Of a stretch of DNA of 64,000 bases, positions 51,767 to 61,900 are shown piece by piece. The position numbers and the translations under genes were made by a program. Numbering within the stretch: position 1 is the stretch's first letter; the number at the start of each line of letters is the position of its first letter. Under the pieces are notes generated by a model, which was not told the DNA's origin, did no database searches, and saw nothing but the letters and a program-made list of their open reading frames with translations. The DNA comes from Clostridium sp. CAG:302 (GTDB lineage Bacteria; Bacillota_I; Bacilli_A; RF39; UBA660), in NCBI GenBank assembly GCA_000431795.1, contig FR887372.1, forward strand, positions 3,087 through 67,086, read 5' to 3'.

Positions 51767-52333
51767 TTAATTAATAATTATTTTAAGATAAATATTTACA
51801 TATTTATCACCATACTTTTTACTTTTAATTAATTCTAAATTATTATATTTATCTTTTAACTTATCAAAACTATACTCTAATAATAAAATTCCTTTATCTA
51901 AAAGTAAATCATACTTAGTAACTAGTTCTATTACTTCTTCCATTACTTCCATTTTATAAGGAGCATCTACTAGTACAATATTAAACTTAATATTATTATT
52001 TTTAAAATATAATAAACTATCTCTATAATCTTTACTAATTATCGTACTCTTACTATTAATATCAAGATTATTAATATTCTTATTTAAATATCTTAATATA
52101 TCTTTATTATTATCTACAAAATAACATCTACTGGCACCCATAGATAAAGCTTCTATACCAAGACTACCAGTACCACAAAATAAATCTAATATGATAGAAT
52201 CATCAATATAATTTTGAATACTAGCAAACATAGATTCCTTTACTCTACTCATCGTAGGCCTAGTAGTTTCTACATTATATCCAAGCAATTCTCTTCCTTT
52301 TAAATAACCACTTATTACTCTCATATATGACAA
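51767..52333 (-). CDS. rsmD: 16S rRNA (guanine966-N2)-methyltransferase RsmD
   Basis: MRVISGYLKGREL...TRPTMSRVKESMF...LDLFCGTGSLGIEA...VLVDAPY. Confidence 0.85.
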   Translation of the reverse strand: MSYMRVISGYLKGRELLGYNVETTRPTMSRVKESMFASIQNYIDDSIILDLFCGTGSLGIEALSMGASRCYFVDNNKDILRYLNKNINNLDINSKSTIISKDYRDSLLYFKNNNIKFNIVLVDAPYKMEVMEEVIELVTKYDLLLDKGILLLEYSFDKLKDKYNNLELIKSKKYGDKYVNIYLKIIIN

Positions 52334-52617
52334 CCTCTTACATTTGTATATTCTTTAAATCTTTTATTAATACCCATAATATAATAAAATAGTTCATTAT
52401 AATACTTCATATATTCTCTATATTCATCATATTTATATATCTTTTCTTTTAAAGATAACTTCTCATAATTATCAGTACTATTATTATATCTTTTTATTAA
52501 ATCTAATAATTCTTTATTACCAATAACTATTCTTTTATAATAATCTAATTTACTAATTAATTCACTACTCTCAAAAGAATCTATTAACTTCTTAGTTTTA
52601 TCTATAACATTATCCAT
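52321..52617 (-). CDS. YlbF/YmcA-family (DUF964)-like small protein
   Basis: The 98-aa product (IDKTKKLIDSFESSELISKLDYYKRIV...) lies next to rsmD, as B. subtilis ylbF lies near ylbH(rsmD). Confidence 0.5.
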   Translation of the reverse strand: MDNVIDKTKKLIDSFESSELISKLDYYKRIVIGNKELLDLIKRYNNSTDNYEKLSLKEKIYKYDEYREYMKYYNELFYYIMGINKRFKEYTNVRGCHI

Positions 52618-53054
52618 TATCTATATTTAAAGTCCTTTTCTAATTCTCTTTGAATATCTCTTTCTTTAATAGATTCTTTTTTATCATAATTCTTTTTACC
52701 CTTACATACTCCTATTTCTACCTTACATCTACCTTTTACAAAGTAAAATCTAAGAGGTATTAAAGTATAACCCTCTATTTCTAGTTTATTTTTTAACTTT
52801 AATATTTCTCTTTTATGAAGTAATAACTTTCTAGTTCTATCTTCTTCATGATTAAATCTATTACCTTCTTCATAAATAGAAATATGTGTATTAAGTAAAT
52901 ATATTTCATCATTTCTAATAATAGCATAACTATCTTTAATATTAACCTTACCTTGTCTTACAGACTTAATCTCAGTACCAGTAAGTACTATACCCGCTTC
53001 ATAAGTATCCTCAATTACATAGTCATATCTTGCTTTTCTATTTAATATCTCCAT
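52617..53054 (-). CDS. smpB: SsrA-binding protein
   Basis: The 145-aa product reads NRKARYDYVIEDTYEAGIVLTGTEIKS... Confidence 0.9.
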   Translation of the reverse strand: MEILNRKARYDYVIEDTYEAGIVLTGTEIKSVRQGKVNIKDSYAIIRNDEIYLLNTHISIYEEGNRFNHEEDRTRKLLLHKREILKLKNKLEIEGYTLIPLRFYFVKGRCKVEIGVCKGKKNYDKKESIKERDIQRELEKDFKYR

Positions 53055-53130
53055 ATATATTCCTCATTTCATATAAATTATATAATGAAATAATAAAATA
53101 GTCAAATTAAAGAAAAAAGATAACATTACA

Positions 53131-54120
53131 TTATCTTCTTAATACCAATTTACTAATATCTTCTGAAGTATCAATCAAATCATCAATACTTATATCAATA
53201 CTTCTAAGTAGTTCAAATCCATCTGCTTTAGAATAATTATTCTTTAGTATCTCTATAATACTATTTAAATCTTTATCACGATATTTAATATATATAGTAG
53301 CAGCTATTAGCTGACCGTATAATGCCTCTATCATATTAATATGATGTTCTTTATAATTATATCCTTTTCTTATAGTTCTATTTATACTATTAATACAAGC
53401 AGTATTAAATATCCTAATCATTTCTATATAACTATATTCATTACCATATTTAGATAAATAATAATCTAAAAATATTATTTCATATAAAGAAGCTATTGCT
53501 TCATTTAAGATATAATCTCTACTAGTATATATATTACTTTGCATAAAAGTAGAAGCATGACCATACTCATGAACTGTACTAGCTATATTAAAAGCATTTA
53601 ATCTTTTATAATACTCAATATTAATATAATATTTTTTTAATGATTCTAAATAATATATATTAGCGTTAGAAAAAGGAAAACTTTTTCTAATAGTCAGATT
53701 ATTTTCTTCTATATCTTTATTAAATAATTCTAAATCACTAGAAAAATTTTCTTTAAAGAAAGTTCTTAACATACTCACATACTCTTCATAACTATATATA
53801 TCATTTGGAACTCTACTTGTATCTAAAGGATAATACTTATTTATTTCTTCCCATAAGTTAAAACATATTTTTCTAGTCAAATTATCTAGTTCTAAATATC
53901 TTTTTTTTCTTGCTGATTCTCTTTTTCTTGTGTAAATACTATAATTACTTGGTTTATAACTAAATAATTTACTACCTTTAACTAATTTTGGTTCAATATT
54001 ATAAATAAATAGCATCTGACTATATATATTTATCTTTTTTTCTTCACTAGAACTATTTAAATATAAATCTAATAGTGTATTATAATCTCTTAAGACATTA
54101 TCTATATTATATGTATTCAT
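53131..54120 (-). CDS. Putative zinc metallopeptidase (HEXXH: HEYGH)
   Basis: The 329-aa product carries IASTVHEYGHAS and downstream acidic residues. The family is not assignable by eye. Confidence 0.45.
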   Translation of the reverse strand: MNTYNIDNVLRDYNTLLDLYLNSSSEEKKINIYSQMLFIYNIEPKLVKGSKLFSYKPSNYSIYTRKRESARKKRYLELDNLTRKICFNLWEEINKYYPLDTSRVPNDIYSYEEYVSMLRTFFKENFSSDLELFNKDIEENNLTIRKSFPFSNANIYYLESLKKYYINIEYYKRLNAFNIASTVHEYGHASTFMQSNIYTSRDYILNEAIASLYEIIFLDYYLSKYGNEYSYIEMIRIFNTACINSINRTIRKGYNYKEHHINMIEALYGQLIAATIYIKYRDKDLNSIIEILKNNYSKADGFELLRSIDISIDDLIDTSEDISKLVLRR

Positions 54121-54177
54121 TCTTTTCCCTCTGGTTATATATTATATATAATAATTAAATATTTGTCAAAGTTATAA

Positions 54178-56787
54178 TTATACTCCAAAATCTCCTCGTA
54201 ATTTTTTAGATATATATTTTCTAAGAAAATCAAATGGTATTATACTTAATGATAGTATAAGTATAAATATTAATTCTTTTATATATAAAGGTTTAGTTTG
54301 AAATAAAGTTATACCTGAATAAATAATAATTATTTGAACTATAATAATAAATATTATGATAAGTATAAATACTTTATTTTCTTTTAGATGAGCCAGTATA
54401 TTTAATCTATGTGTTCTAGCATTAAAAGAATTAAATACCGCAATAAAGATAAATAAAGAAAAGAATGCAGTCATCAGATGATCACTATATACTATATATT
54501 TTATAAATGGTAATTTTAAGAATAGTAATGATATTATTAAAGTATACATTGAAGTAGCAATAATTTCATTAAACATATATTTATTAATTATATTTTCTTC
54601 TTTCTTTTTAGGAGGTTCTTTCATATATTCTATTCTAGGTACTTCATAAGAAAAGGCAAGACCAGCAAGTGTATCCATAACCATATTTATCCATAACATC
54701 TGAAGTACAGTAATAGGACTTGGTACCCCAATAAATGGTCCAATTAAAGCTAGCATAATAGCGCTTATATTAACAGTTAACTGAAATATAATAAACTTTC
54801 TAATATTCTTAAATGTTGTTCTTCCGTATAATATAGCCCTAGATATTGATAGTATGTTATCATCTATTATTACAATATCAGAAGCTTCTTTTGATACTTC
54901 AGTACCGCTACCCATAGCAAATGATACATCAGCCTTTTTTAAGGCTATAGAATCATTTACCCCATCACCAGTCATACCTGTAACTAAGCCTAATTCTTTA
55001 GATAACATAACTAGTCTTTTTTTATCTTCGGGCAATGCTCTTGATACTACTTTAAGATTTGGTATTATTTTTTTTAGTTCATTATCTGATAACTTTTCTA
55101 AATCACTTGAAGATAACACTATATCATTATTACTAGTTATTATACCAATCTCTTTAGCAATAGAAGTAGCGGTTTCTTTAGAGTCCCCAGTTACCATAAC
55201 GATATTTATACCAGCACTCTTTATCAAAGACACACCATCCTTAGCTTCGGCTCTTATATCATCCTTTAAAAATATTACTCCAAGTAAAATATTTCTTCTA
55301 ATACTATCAGTAGGATATATGCTTTGTGATATTGCTAGTGCAATAGCTCTTAGCCCACTATCAGCTTTACTATTTACATAATTAAGTATCTTATCTTTAT
55401 CAAGAGTTCTTCTTTTGCCATCCTTATCAATATAATGAGTACTATTTTTTATTACTATATCTGGTGCTCCCTTAATTAATTTAATTTTCTCATTATTTTT
55501 CTCTATAATAGTAACAGCAAACTTATTCTTACTATTAAATAATATTCTATCTTTTATTAACACACTATTATCTTTTTTTCTTTGAACAAATGATAATAAT
55601 GCTTTATCAGTTAGATTACCTCCAACTACTTTACCTGATGATTCTTCAAGTTCACTCTCGTTATTATATAATAAACTATCTGATATCAATGTTTTAAGTT
55701 TATCTGGAGTATAATACAAATCATTGTATTCATTTAAGTTACCATCTATAATACTAGATACTTCCATCTTACCCTTAGTTAGAGTACCAGTCTTATCAGT
55801 AAATAGTATGTTCAAAGACCCAGCAGTCTCTATACCAACCATCTTTCTAACAAGGACATTATCTTTAAGCATTTTCTTTGAGTTAGTAGATAATACTAAA
55901 GTAATCATCATTGGTAATCCTTCAGGAACAGACATTACAAGAACAGAAACTGCTAGTGTAAGTGCTTCAAGAATTAAAGAGAAGAATTTATTTAAAGTTA
56001 TAGTCTCTCTTATAATAGTTAAGTTAAAATTATTTATAATAAATATCTTAGAAAATAAATATGCTACCGCTATTAAAATAGCCGCTATATAACCTATTCT
56101 ACTTATTACTTTAGCCAAATTAGTAAGTCTTAATTTTAATGGAGAAGCATCCTCTTCTTCAGTAAGTACTTTAGCCATCTTACCATACAAAGTATCCATC
56201 CCTATTTTAGTAACAAGTATCAAAGCTTCTCCATCATAAATAGTAGTACCTCTATATACTCTATTTTTTTCAGTAGCTAAGTTTATATTATCTATATACT
56301 CTTTATATACTTCCTTTGTTTCTCCATTAAGAGATGATTCATCTACTGATAACTTTCCTTTTATTAATATACCGTCTGCCGGAACTTTATTACCAGGAGC
56401 TAATATAAGTATGTCATTCTTTACTATTTCATCAATAGTTATTTCTTTAGTTTTACCATCTCTTTTTACTAAAACATTTATTCTAGAGGACTCTTCTTGC
56501 ATTCTTTGAAAGGCTTTATTAGAACCATATTCACTAATTGCCGATATCAATGAAGCCACTAGTACTGCTAAAACTATTCCCATTGTTTCAAAATAATCAA
56601 AATCTCTAAATAAAAATATTGTCTTTATAGCTAACGCAATAAGAAGTATTTTTATGATAGGATCTCCTAAAGTTTCTATAAATAAATTAAAAAAAGTATT
56701 TTTATTCTTTTCATTTATACTATTACTACCATATCTTTTTCTTGATTCTTTTACTTCATCATCTTTAAGTCCATTAGTATTATACAT
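54178..56787 (-). CDS. P-type Ca2+-transporting ATPase (P2 type)
   Basis: The 869-aa product has CTDKTGTLT (phosphorylation site), TGDSKETA, GDGVNDSIALKKADVSFAMG and 10 transmembrane helices. Confidence 0.85.
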   Translation of the reverse strand: MYNTNGLKDDEVKESRKRYGSNSINEKNKNTFFNLFIETLGDPIIKILLIALAIKTIFLFRDFDYFETMGIVLAVLVASLISAISEYGSNKAFQRMQEESSRINVLVKRDGKTKEITIDEIVKNDILILAPGNKVPADGILIKGKLSVDESSLNGETKEVYKEYIDNINLATEKNRVYRGTTIYDGEALILVTKIGMDTLYGKMAKVLTEEEDASPLKLRLTNLAKVISRIGYIAAILIAVAYLFSKIFIINNFNLTIIRETITLNKFFSLILEALTLAVSVLVMSVPEGLPMMITLVLSTNSKKMLKDNVLVRKMVGIETAGSLNILFTDKTGTLTKGKMEVSSIIDGNLNEYNDLYYTPDKLKTLISDSLLYNNESELEESSGKVVGGNLTDKALLSFVQRKKDNSVLIKDRILFNSKNKFAVTIIEKNNEKIKLIKGAPDIVIKNSTHYIDKDGKRRTLDKDKILNYVNSKADSGLRAIALAISQSIYPTDSIRRNILLGVIFLKDDIRAEAKDGVSLIKSAGINIVMVTGDSKETATSIAKEIGIITSNNDIVLSSSDLEKLSDNELKKIIPNLKVVSRALPEDKKRLVMLSKELGLVTGMTGDGVNDSIALKKADVSFAMGSGTEVSKEASDIVIIDDNILSISRAILYGRTTFKNIRKFIIFQLTVNISAIMLALIGPFIGVPSPITVLQMLWINMVMDTLAGLAFSYEVPRIEYMKEPPKKKEENIINKYMFNEIIATSMYTLIISLLFLKLPFIKYIVYSDHLMTAFFSLFIFIAVFNSFNARTHRLNILAHLKENKVFILIIIFIIIVQIIIIYSGITLFQTKPLYIKELIFILILSLSIIPFDFLRKYISKKLRGDFGV

Positions 56788-56890
56788 AGTTCCTCCTTAC
56801 TAAATAATACTAACTAGTAATAACCTATAGAAGATGTTTTCATAGACAAAAAAAGACTTTAATTTTTTATATTCTATAATATAAATGTTT

Positions 56891-56942
56891 AACAATGAAG
56901 ACCTTAGGATTCATTGTTCCTCTTAAGACTACAAACTTAAGA
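56891..56942. repeat. Double-hairpin repeat element, copy 3
   Basis: aacaatgaa-gaccttagg-attcattgtt followed by cctcttaag-actacaaa-cttaagag. Confidence 0.8.
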
Positions 56943-56993
56943 GATAAAAAAAGATAACCAATTATTATAAATATTTATAATAGTTATCCATTT

Positions 56994-57833
56994 TTATTTA
57001 CTTTTTTCATAGTCTTCAAGAAAACTTCTATATATTCCATCTTTTTTAGTGCCAAGTATACAATTTAAATTAACGTTATTCATACTGGTAAATATATTAC
57101 GATCAATACTAGGATTTATTTTCTTTAATTCTTTTATTAACTCTTTAATTTCTTTTCTCTTACTCACACTATTACTATTATTATTTAAAGTAACGCTCTC
57201 AGTAAATCTACAAGCACAATTTATAAAGGTTAATTTGTTATAATTTTTCCAAGAAATTATTGAATCTTCCTCTACTAAATATAATGGTCTTATTAATTCC
57301 AAGCCTTCAAAATTATCACTATGTAATTTAGGCATCATTGTCTTTACCTCTGAGCCATAAAACATTGATAATAATGTTGTTTCTATTACATCATTAAAAT
57401 GATGTCCTAAAGCTATTTTGTTACATCCTAGTTCTTTTGCCTTATTATATAAATATCCTCTTCTCATTTTAGCACACATATAACATGGACTATCAAAACT
57501 TATTTTATCTACAACTTCAAAAATATCACTTTTAAATACTTTTATTGGAATATTTAATACTTTAGCATTCTCTAAGATATTATTACTATGCTTTTCATTG
57601 TACCCTGGATTCATTACAACATATTCAGCAGTAAATGGTACTTTACCATGCCTTTCTAGTTCTTGGATACATTTAGCCAGTAAAAAAGAATCCTTTCCTC
57701 CTGATATGCATACCATAACCTTATCATTCTCTTTAATAAGTTCATAGTCTTTAATTGCTTTGATAAACTTACTCCATATTTCTTTGCGATATTTCTTTAT
57801 TATACTTCTTTCTATTTCTTTATATCTTTCCAT
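56994..57833 (-). CDS. ttcA: tRNA 2-thiocytidine(32) synthetase TtcA
   Basis: PP-loop CISGGKDS, plus CxxC motifs (CYMCAKMRRG, CACRF). Confidence 0.8.
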   Translation of the reverse strand: MERYKEIERSIIKKYRKEIWSKFIKAIKDYELIKENDKVMVCISGGKDSFLLAKCIQELERHGKVPFTAEYVVMNPGYNEKHSNNILENAKVLNIPIKVFKSDIFEVVDKISFDSPCYMCAKMRRGYLYNKAKELGCNKIALGHHFNDVIETTLLSMFYGSEVKTMMPKLHSDNFEGLELIRPLYLVEEDSIISWKNYNKLTFINCACRFTESVTLNNNSNSVSKRKEIKELIKELKKINPSIDRNIFTSMNNVNLNCILGTKKDGIYRSFLEDYEKSK

Positions 57834-57894
57834 CTTTATACTCCCTCAAAAACAAACTACATTAATTATATCATATTTTTTTATATAATAAATA

Positions 57895-58533
57895 CTAATT
57901 ATAATTAAAAGCAGTATATACTGCTTTGGGTTTTATTATTCCTTTTATAAAATCTTTATTTCTAGCTAATATCTCTCTAATTTCTCTATACCATTGACCA
58001 TAATAATATCTTAAATCAGCCTCTACTCCATAAGACTCTAAATCTAAATTATCAGATAAAAATAATGCTCTATATAAATGATATCTTTGTGATACTATAA
58101 CTACCTTATTAGATTTATATACATTTTTTACTCTATATATGCTATCATAAGTAGATATACCATAATTATCAGTAATAATATCTTCTTCAGGAATACCATG
58201 TTCTAGCAAATAATTCTTCATAACAGTAACTTCATCATAGTCATCATTCATATGATCACCCGTTATAAGTATTTTGTTAGATATATCATTATTATATAAT
58301 GATATTCCAGTCTTAAGTCTATCCTCAAGCATAGGGCTAGGTTTGCCTCTTCGAATACCCGCCCCTAGAACAACTATATAATCAATATCAGTAAGTAATT
58401 CGCTATTACCACTTACAATCCTATTTTTAGTAGATAATATAACATAAAAATTAATTATTACTGGTACTAATATAATTACTATTAAAACTATTAATATATA
58501 TTTAAATATCTTCTTCATCTTAACACCTAACAT
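57895..58533 (-). CDS. sanA: SanA/YdcF (DUF218) family membrane protein
   Basis: N-terminal transmembrane segment; IVVLGAGIRRGKPSPMLEDRL...ILITGD. Confidence 0.7.
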   Translation of the reverse strand: MLGVKMKKIFKYILIVLIVIILVPVIINFYVILSTKNRIVSGNSELLTDIDYIVVLGAGIRRGKPSPMLEDRLKTGISLYNNDISNKILITGDHMNDDYDEVTVMKNYLLEHGIPEEDIITDNYGISTYDSIYRVKNVYKSNKVVIVSQRYHLYRALFLSDNLDLESYGVEADLRYYYGQWYREIREILARNKDFIKGIIKPKAVYTAFNYN

Positions 58534-58600
58534 AATTTTACCATATTATCATAATATTTAAAATATAAAATAGTGATAAATTTAATTATCACCATTCCAA

Positions 58601-59122
58601 TTATAATTCTATTACTCTTACATCTTCTTTATATTTTTTAATTGAAGTAACTATTTTATTCTTATATTGAATAGGAAACATAAGTTTCATTTTAGAAGTA
58701 TTAAAATTTATATTTATAGAATATTTTCCTATTATTATACTTGATATTTGATCCATTTCCAATTCTATTTTACATTTATTAAATTCATCAGTAATAGTGT
58801 TTTCATTTATAATTAATGTACCACCAACATTACCATCTTTAAAGACTTTATAATTCTTTATAAATAAGATCATATAAGATAAATAAGATACTAAAAAGTA
58901 TATTGATATATATTTTAAAATATTAGTAAAAATAGTAGGTTCTATTCTGTCAACTACAAAAATATAAAATGCAAATACAAATATATATAATATACATTTA
59001 AATATTTGATTAACTATAATTATATTACCAGCCTTTTCTATCTTCTTAAGTCTTTGGCTTATTACAGTTAATTCATTATAATATTTAAATGTTTCCCTTG
59101 ATGCTTCATATTTTATTTTCAT
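58601..59122 (-). CDS. Hypothetical membrane protein (two transmembrane segments plus C-terminal PH-like/YcxB-like domain)
   Basis: The 173-aa product has no clear motif. Confidence 0.4.
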   Translation of the reverse strand: MKIKYEASRETFKYYNELTVISQRLKKIEKAGNIIIVNQIFKCILYIFVFAFYIFVVDRIEPTIFTNILKYISIYFLVSYLSYMILFIKNYKVFKDGNVGGTLIINENTITDEFNKCKIELEMDQISSIIIGKYSININFNTSKMKLMFPIQYKNKIVTSIKKYKEDVRVIEL

Positions 59123-59239
59123 TATTATCTCCCCCTTTCATTAAATTAATGATACATCAAATTATATTTAATATGGTCGCCAGTGCAACGACAAATCATA
59201 TATATTATATTATTTTTTATTGATAGAGTTATAGTTATT

Positions 59240-59743
59240 TTACTTATCTTTTCTTTTTATTCCTTTTAATAGAGTTCCAGTAATACCATTTTCTATAACA
59301 CCTTTTACTGTACCTCTAGTATCAAATCCAAGTACATCATCTACTTTATCAAAAGCATTTTTAACCTTTTTTACGCCACGATCAGACATAGTTGTACCTG
59401 TTACAGCATCAGTAACTTTAGTAACAAATTTTACTGCTTCAATAGCATTATCAAACTTAATAGTAAAGTTATTTTTAATAGTTTGTATGTATACTTCACT
59501 ATTCTTTTGATGAACTTGTACCTTATTATTATATAACTTAATATCACTAATATTTACTATATTAATTACTTTTTTATTTTCTTCTTTCTTTAAAAGACTT
59601 ACTTTTTTAATTTCTACCTTTTCAATTATTATCTTTTTTGAAGTAAGTGTTAATAATAATTTATCTTCTACATCATTATAATATACTTCTGTAGTTAATA
59701 ATATTACTTCATCTTCCGCTAGTTCATAATTTTCCATATTCAT
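59240..59743 (-). CDS. Hypothetical protein, possible bacterial PH-like domain
   Basis: The 167-aa product starts MNMENYELAEDEVILLTTEVYY... Its promoter/RBS/first 5 codons are duplicated upstream of the ATPase gene. Confidence 0.45.
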   Translation of the reverse strand: MNMENYELAEDEVILLTTEVYYNDVEDKLLLTLTSKKIIIEKVEIKKVSLLKKEENKKVINIVNISDIKLYNNKVQVHQKNSEVYIQTIKNNFTIKFDNAIEAVKFVTKVTDAVTGTTMSDRGVKKVKNAFDKVDDVLGFDTRGTVKGVIENGITGTLLKGIKRKDK

Positions 59744-59847
59744 TCCTCCACATATATTATATCACATAAATACTTCATAACATAGACCTTAGGCTATGTT
59801 ATGCCTCTTAAGACTACAGGCTTAAGAGGACATATACAAAAAGCAAT
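59733..59847. repeat. About 115-bp direct repeat, left copy (contains double-hairpin element copy 4, an extended -10 promoter and RBS/ATG)
   Basis: About 93% identical to 61933-62049. Confidence 0.85.
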
Positions 59848-59868
59848 AAATTTATAAAATATTATCAC

Positions 59869-60822
59869 CTAAAATTTATTCTTAAAATCATTCATAAATT
59901 TCTTATATTTATTAAATTCATTATCCTTATTATTTATTTGAAGAACATATAATATTTTTCCATATAGTATATTTATATATTTTTCTTTTTCTATATCTAT
60001 ATTTCTTTTCTTTAAGTGAGATTCCAAACCAAATTTTCTTATATAATATATTTCCTGTCTTATTTCTTTACGATATTTTGCACTAACCTGTACTTTTTCA
60101 TTAACTACTATTCCAGTTACATTTTGATTAGATGATTTATGTATTATATGTATTTTTTTATTATTTAATTCTAATCCTAACTTATATAACATTTTTCTTA
60201 CTTTAACTATAACTTCTCTTGGATTAAATTCTCCTGAAAATGTCATATCATCTGAATATCTTGTATACGATATATTATTTTCTTCACACCATAACCCTAA
60301 TACTTCATCAAACTCTTTCATTACTAAATTTGAAATATATGCAGATGTAGGAGCACCTTGCATTAGATAATCATCATAAGTACATAAATAAGTTAATATC
60401 ATCCCTACTGATTTAGGAAAATATTCTATTGAAAAACAAGAATTGTATACATCTATAAAAGATATATTTTCAAAAAAATCTTTAATATCTAATTTTAAAA
60501 TTAATTCTTTATTTAAATGTGGAATAGCATTATCTTTCAAATTAATACCCTTATGGTATGCTTTTGCATATTTAGATATTGCTTTATTATCAAGAATTTT
60601 TACTAATATTTGCCTTTGAATATGCTTTAAAAGTGAATTTGGTTCATATATCGTTCTATATTTCCCATTTTTCTTTTTTATTTTATATATTTTATAATTG
60701 TTTTCTATATTATTACTAATAGAATAAATGGTATTCAAATATTTCTTTTTATCTTTACAATTAAACAATTTGAGAGATAGTAAAAATTCATTACATTCTT
60801 CTTTACCTATGTATTTCCACAT
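59869..60822 (-). CDS. Retron-type reverse transcriptase
   Basis: RT motifs 1-7: KKKNGKYRTIYEPNSLLKHIQ, LDIKDFFENI, LMQGAPTSAYISNLVM, YTRYSDDMTFSG (cf. Ec86 YTRYADDLTLS), and the retron-specific NQNVTGIVVN (VTG motif). Likely start MWKYIGKEE, with RBS GGGAGG 8 nt upstream. The 5' 69 nt of the track ORF belong to the upstream ncRNA region. Confidence 0.85.
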   Translation of the reverse strand: MWKYIGKEECNEFLLSLKLFNCKDKKKYLNTIYSISNNIENNYKIYKIKKKNGKYRTIYEPNSLLKHIQRQILVKILDNKAISKYAKAYHKGINLKDNAIPHLNKELILKLDIKDFFENISFIDVYNSCFSIEYFPKSVGMILTYLCTYDDYLMQGAPTSAYISNLVMKEFDEVLGLWCEENNISYTRYSDDMTFSGEFNPREVIVKVRKMLYKLGLELNNKKIHIIHKSSNQNVTGIVVNEKVQVSAKYRKEIRQEIYYIRKFGLESHLKKRNIDIEKEKYINILYGKILYVLQINNKDNEFNKYKKFMNDFKNKF

Positions 60823-61012
60823 CTTTACTACCTCCCAACTATTGCAGTGCTCATGATATTGTAATATGGAGATGAACTCAAAGCGTAGCATAGCGAAGCG
60901 ACTACATGAAATGTAGGTAAGTTCATTGAAGTATTACTATTAAATCATCTTAAATAAATTAGTCCCTTAACGACTCGTTAAAGTAGGAAATAATTCCAAT
61001 CACCACTGCCGA
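60823..61012 (-). ncRNA. Candidate retron msr-msd non-coding RNA
   Basis: A locally GC-enriched, highly structured 190 nt sits between an extended -10 promoter and the RT RBS. a1/a2 inverted repeats are GGCAGUGGUGAU (61011-60999) and AUCAUGAGCACUGC (60857-60844). msr-like hairpins are GGAAuuauUUCC and UUAACGaguCGUUAA. A long msd-like stem AUGAACU...AGUUCAU encloses CUACAUuucAUGUAG. Confidence 0.65.
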
Positions 61013-61016
61013 GAAT

Positions 61017-61027
61017 ATTATATCACA
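61017..61027 (-). promoter_or_regulatory. Extended -10 promoter (TGTGATATAAT) for msr-msd/RT
   Basis: Minus-strand TGtGATATAAT lies immediately after the ATPase stop codon. Confidence 0.55.
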
Positions 61028-61033
61028 ATAATT

Positions 61034-61900
61034 TTATTTTTTATCAAATTCTTCTTCATATTGTTTAAAAAAATTATAGTATACTAATACATTAGATAGT
61101 TCTGTCCATTTTTTTGTTACAACAGGTGTATCATCTAAATCATAAATCTTAGCGTCCATTAGTTTTAATAAAAATGGTGAATGTGTTGATATTATAAATT
61201 GACAATTATAAAATCTAGTAGAGTCTTCAATAAACCTTTTTAACTTCAATTGATTTTCCGCAGATAAACTATTTTCTGGTTCATCTAATATATAAATACT
61301 ATCTTCTTTTATCTCTCTTTCCCAAAACATAAGTGCAGATTCACCATTTGACCATTCAATTATATTATTATTACCTAATCTTTCTCTAACAAATTTAGAC
61401 ATTGATTTTCTTTTACTATCATAACTCATTTTTAATTCATCATAATTATCAAAAGAGTTACCATTATTATTAAATTTATAATCTAAATATTCTTTACTTA
61501 ATCTTTCCTTTTGTCTATTAACATTTGCATTAATAGAACGAACATCTATTAAATAATCAAAAACATCATCACTTGTAATTAATTTTATTTCCATTGGTTG
61601 TTCAAAAGACATTTCATAATCACAATGTTCAACATATAAATCAAAATATGAACCTTTATCTATTGGCGACTTCCTTGATGCATTTAATTTTTGTGAAATC
61701 ATATTTATAAGAGTTGTTTTACCAGAACCATTACCACCATAAAATATTGTTATTTTATCAAAATTTATCTCTTTAAATGATTTCGATGAAAATAAATGAA
61801 GTGGATAATTATTATTAAATATGTTTCTTCTCTCTTCATTAAATTCAATATTATGTTCTTGGATTTCATCTAATAATGTAAATTTTTTTAAATAAACCAT
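61034..61900 (-). CDS. ABC/OLD-like AAA ATPase (Walker A GGNGSGKTT, Walker B ILDEPE, H-loop STHSP); candidate retron effector/accessory protein
   Basis: The 288-aa product has the complete minimal ABC-type ATPase motif set. It sits immediately upstream of the msr-msd promoter, with its own TGGTATAAT promoter and RBS AGGAGGTG. Confidence 0.7.
   Translation of the reverse strand: MVYLKKFTLLDEIQEHNIEFNEERRNIFNNNYPLHLFSSKSFKEINFDKITIFYGGNGSGKTTLINMISQKLNASRKSPIDKGSYFDLYVEHCDYEMSFEQPMEIKLITSDDVFDYLIDVRSINANVNRQKERLSKEYLDYKFNNNGNSFDNYDELKMSYDSKRKSMSKFVRERLGNNNIIEWSNGESALMFWEREIKEDSIYILDEPENSLSAENQLKLKRFIEDSTRFYNCQFIISTHSPFLLKLMDAKIYDLDDTPVVTKKWTELSNVLVYYNFFKQYEEEFDKK

Noticed and set aside
54854-56092. 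Plus-strand ORFs 54854-55381 and 55724-56092
   Set aside because: They are antisense to the P-type ATPase.
57049-57243. 64-aa plus-strand ORF
   Set aside because: It is antisense to ttcA.
60823-60891. N-terminal 23 codons of the RT ORF (MLRFEFISILQYHEHCNSWEVVK)
   Set aside because: The start is better placed at MWKY with a GGGAGG RBS. The upstream codons coincide with the a2/msd part of the candidate retron ncRNA.
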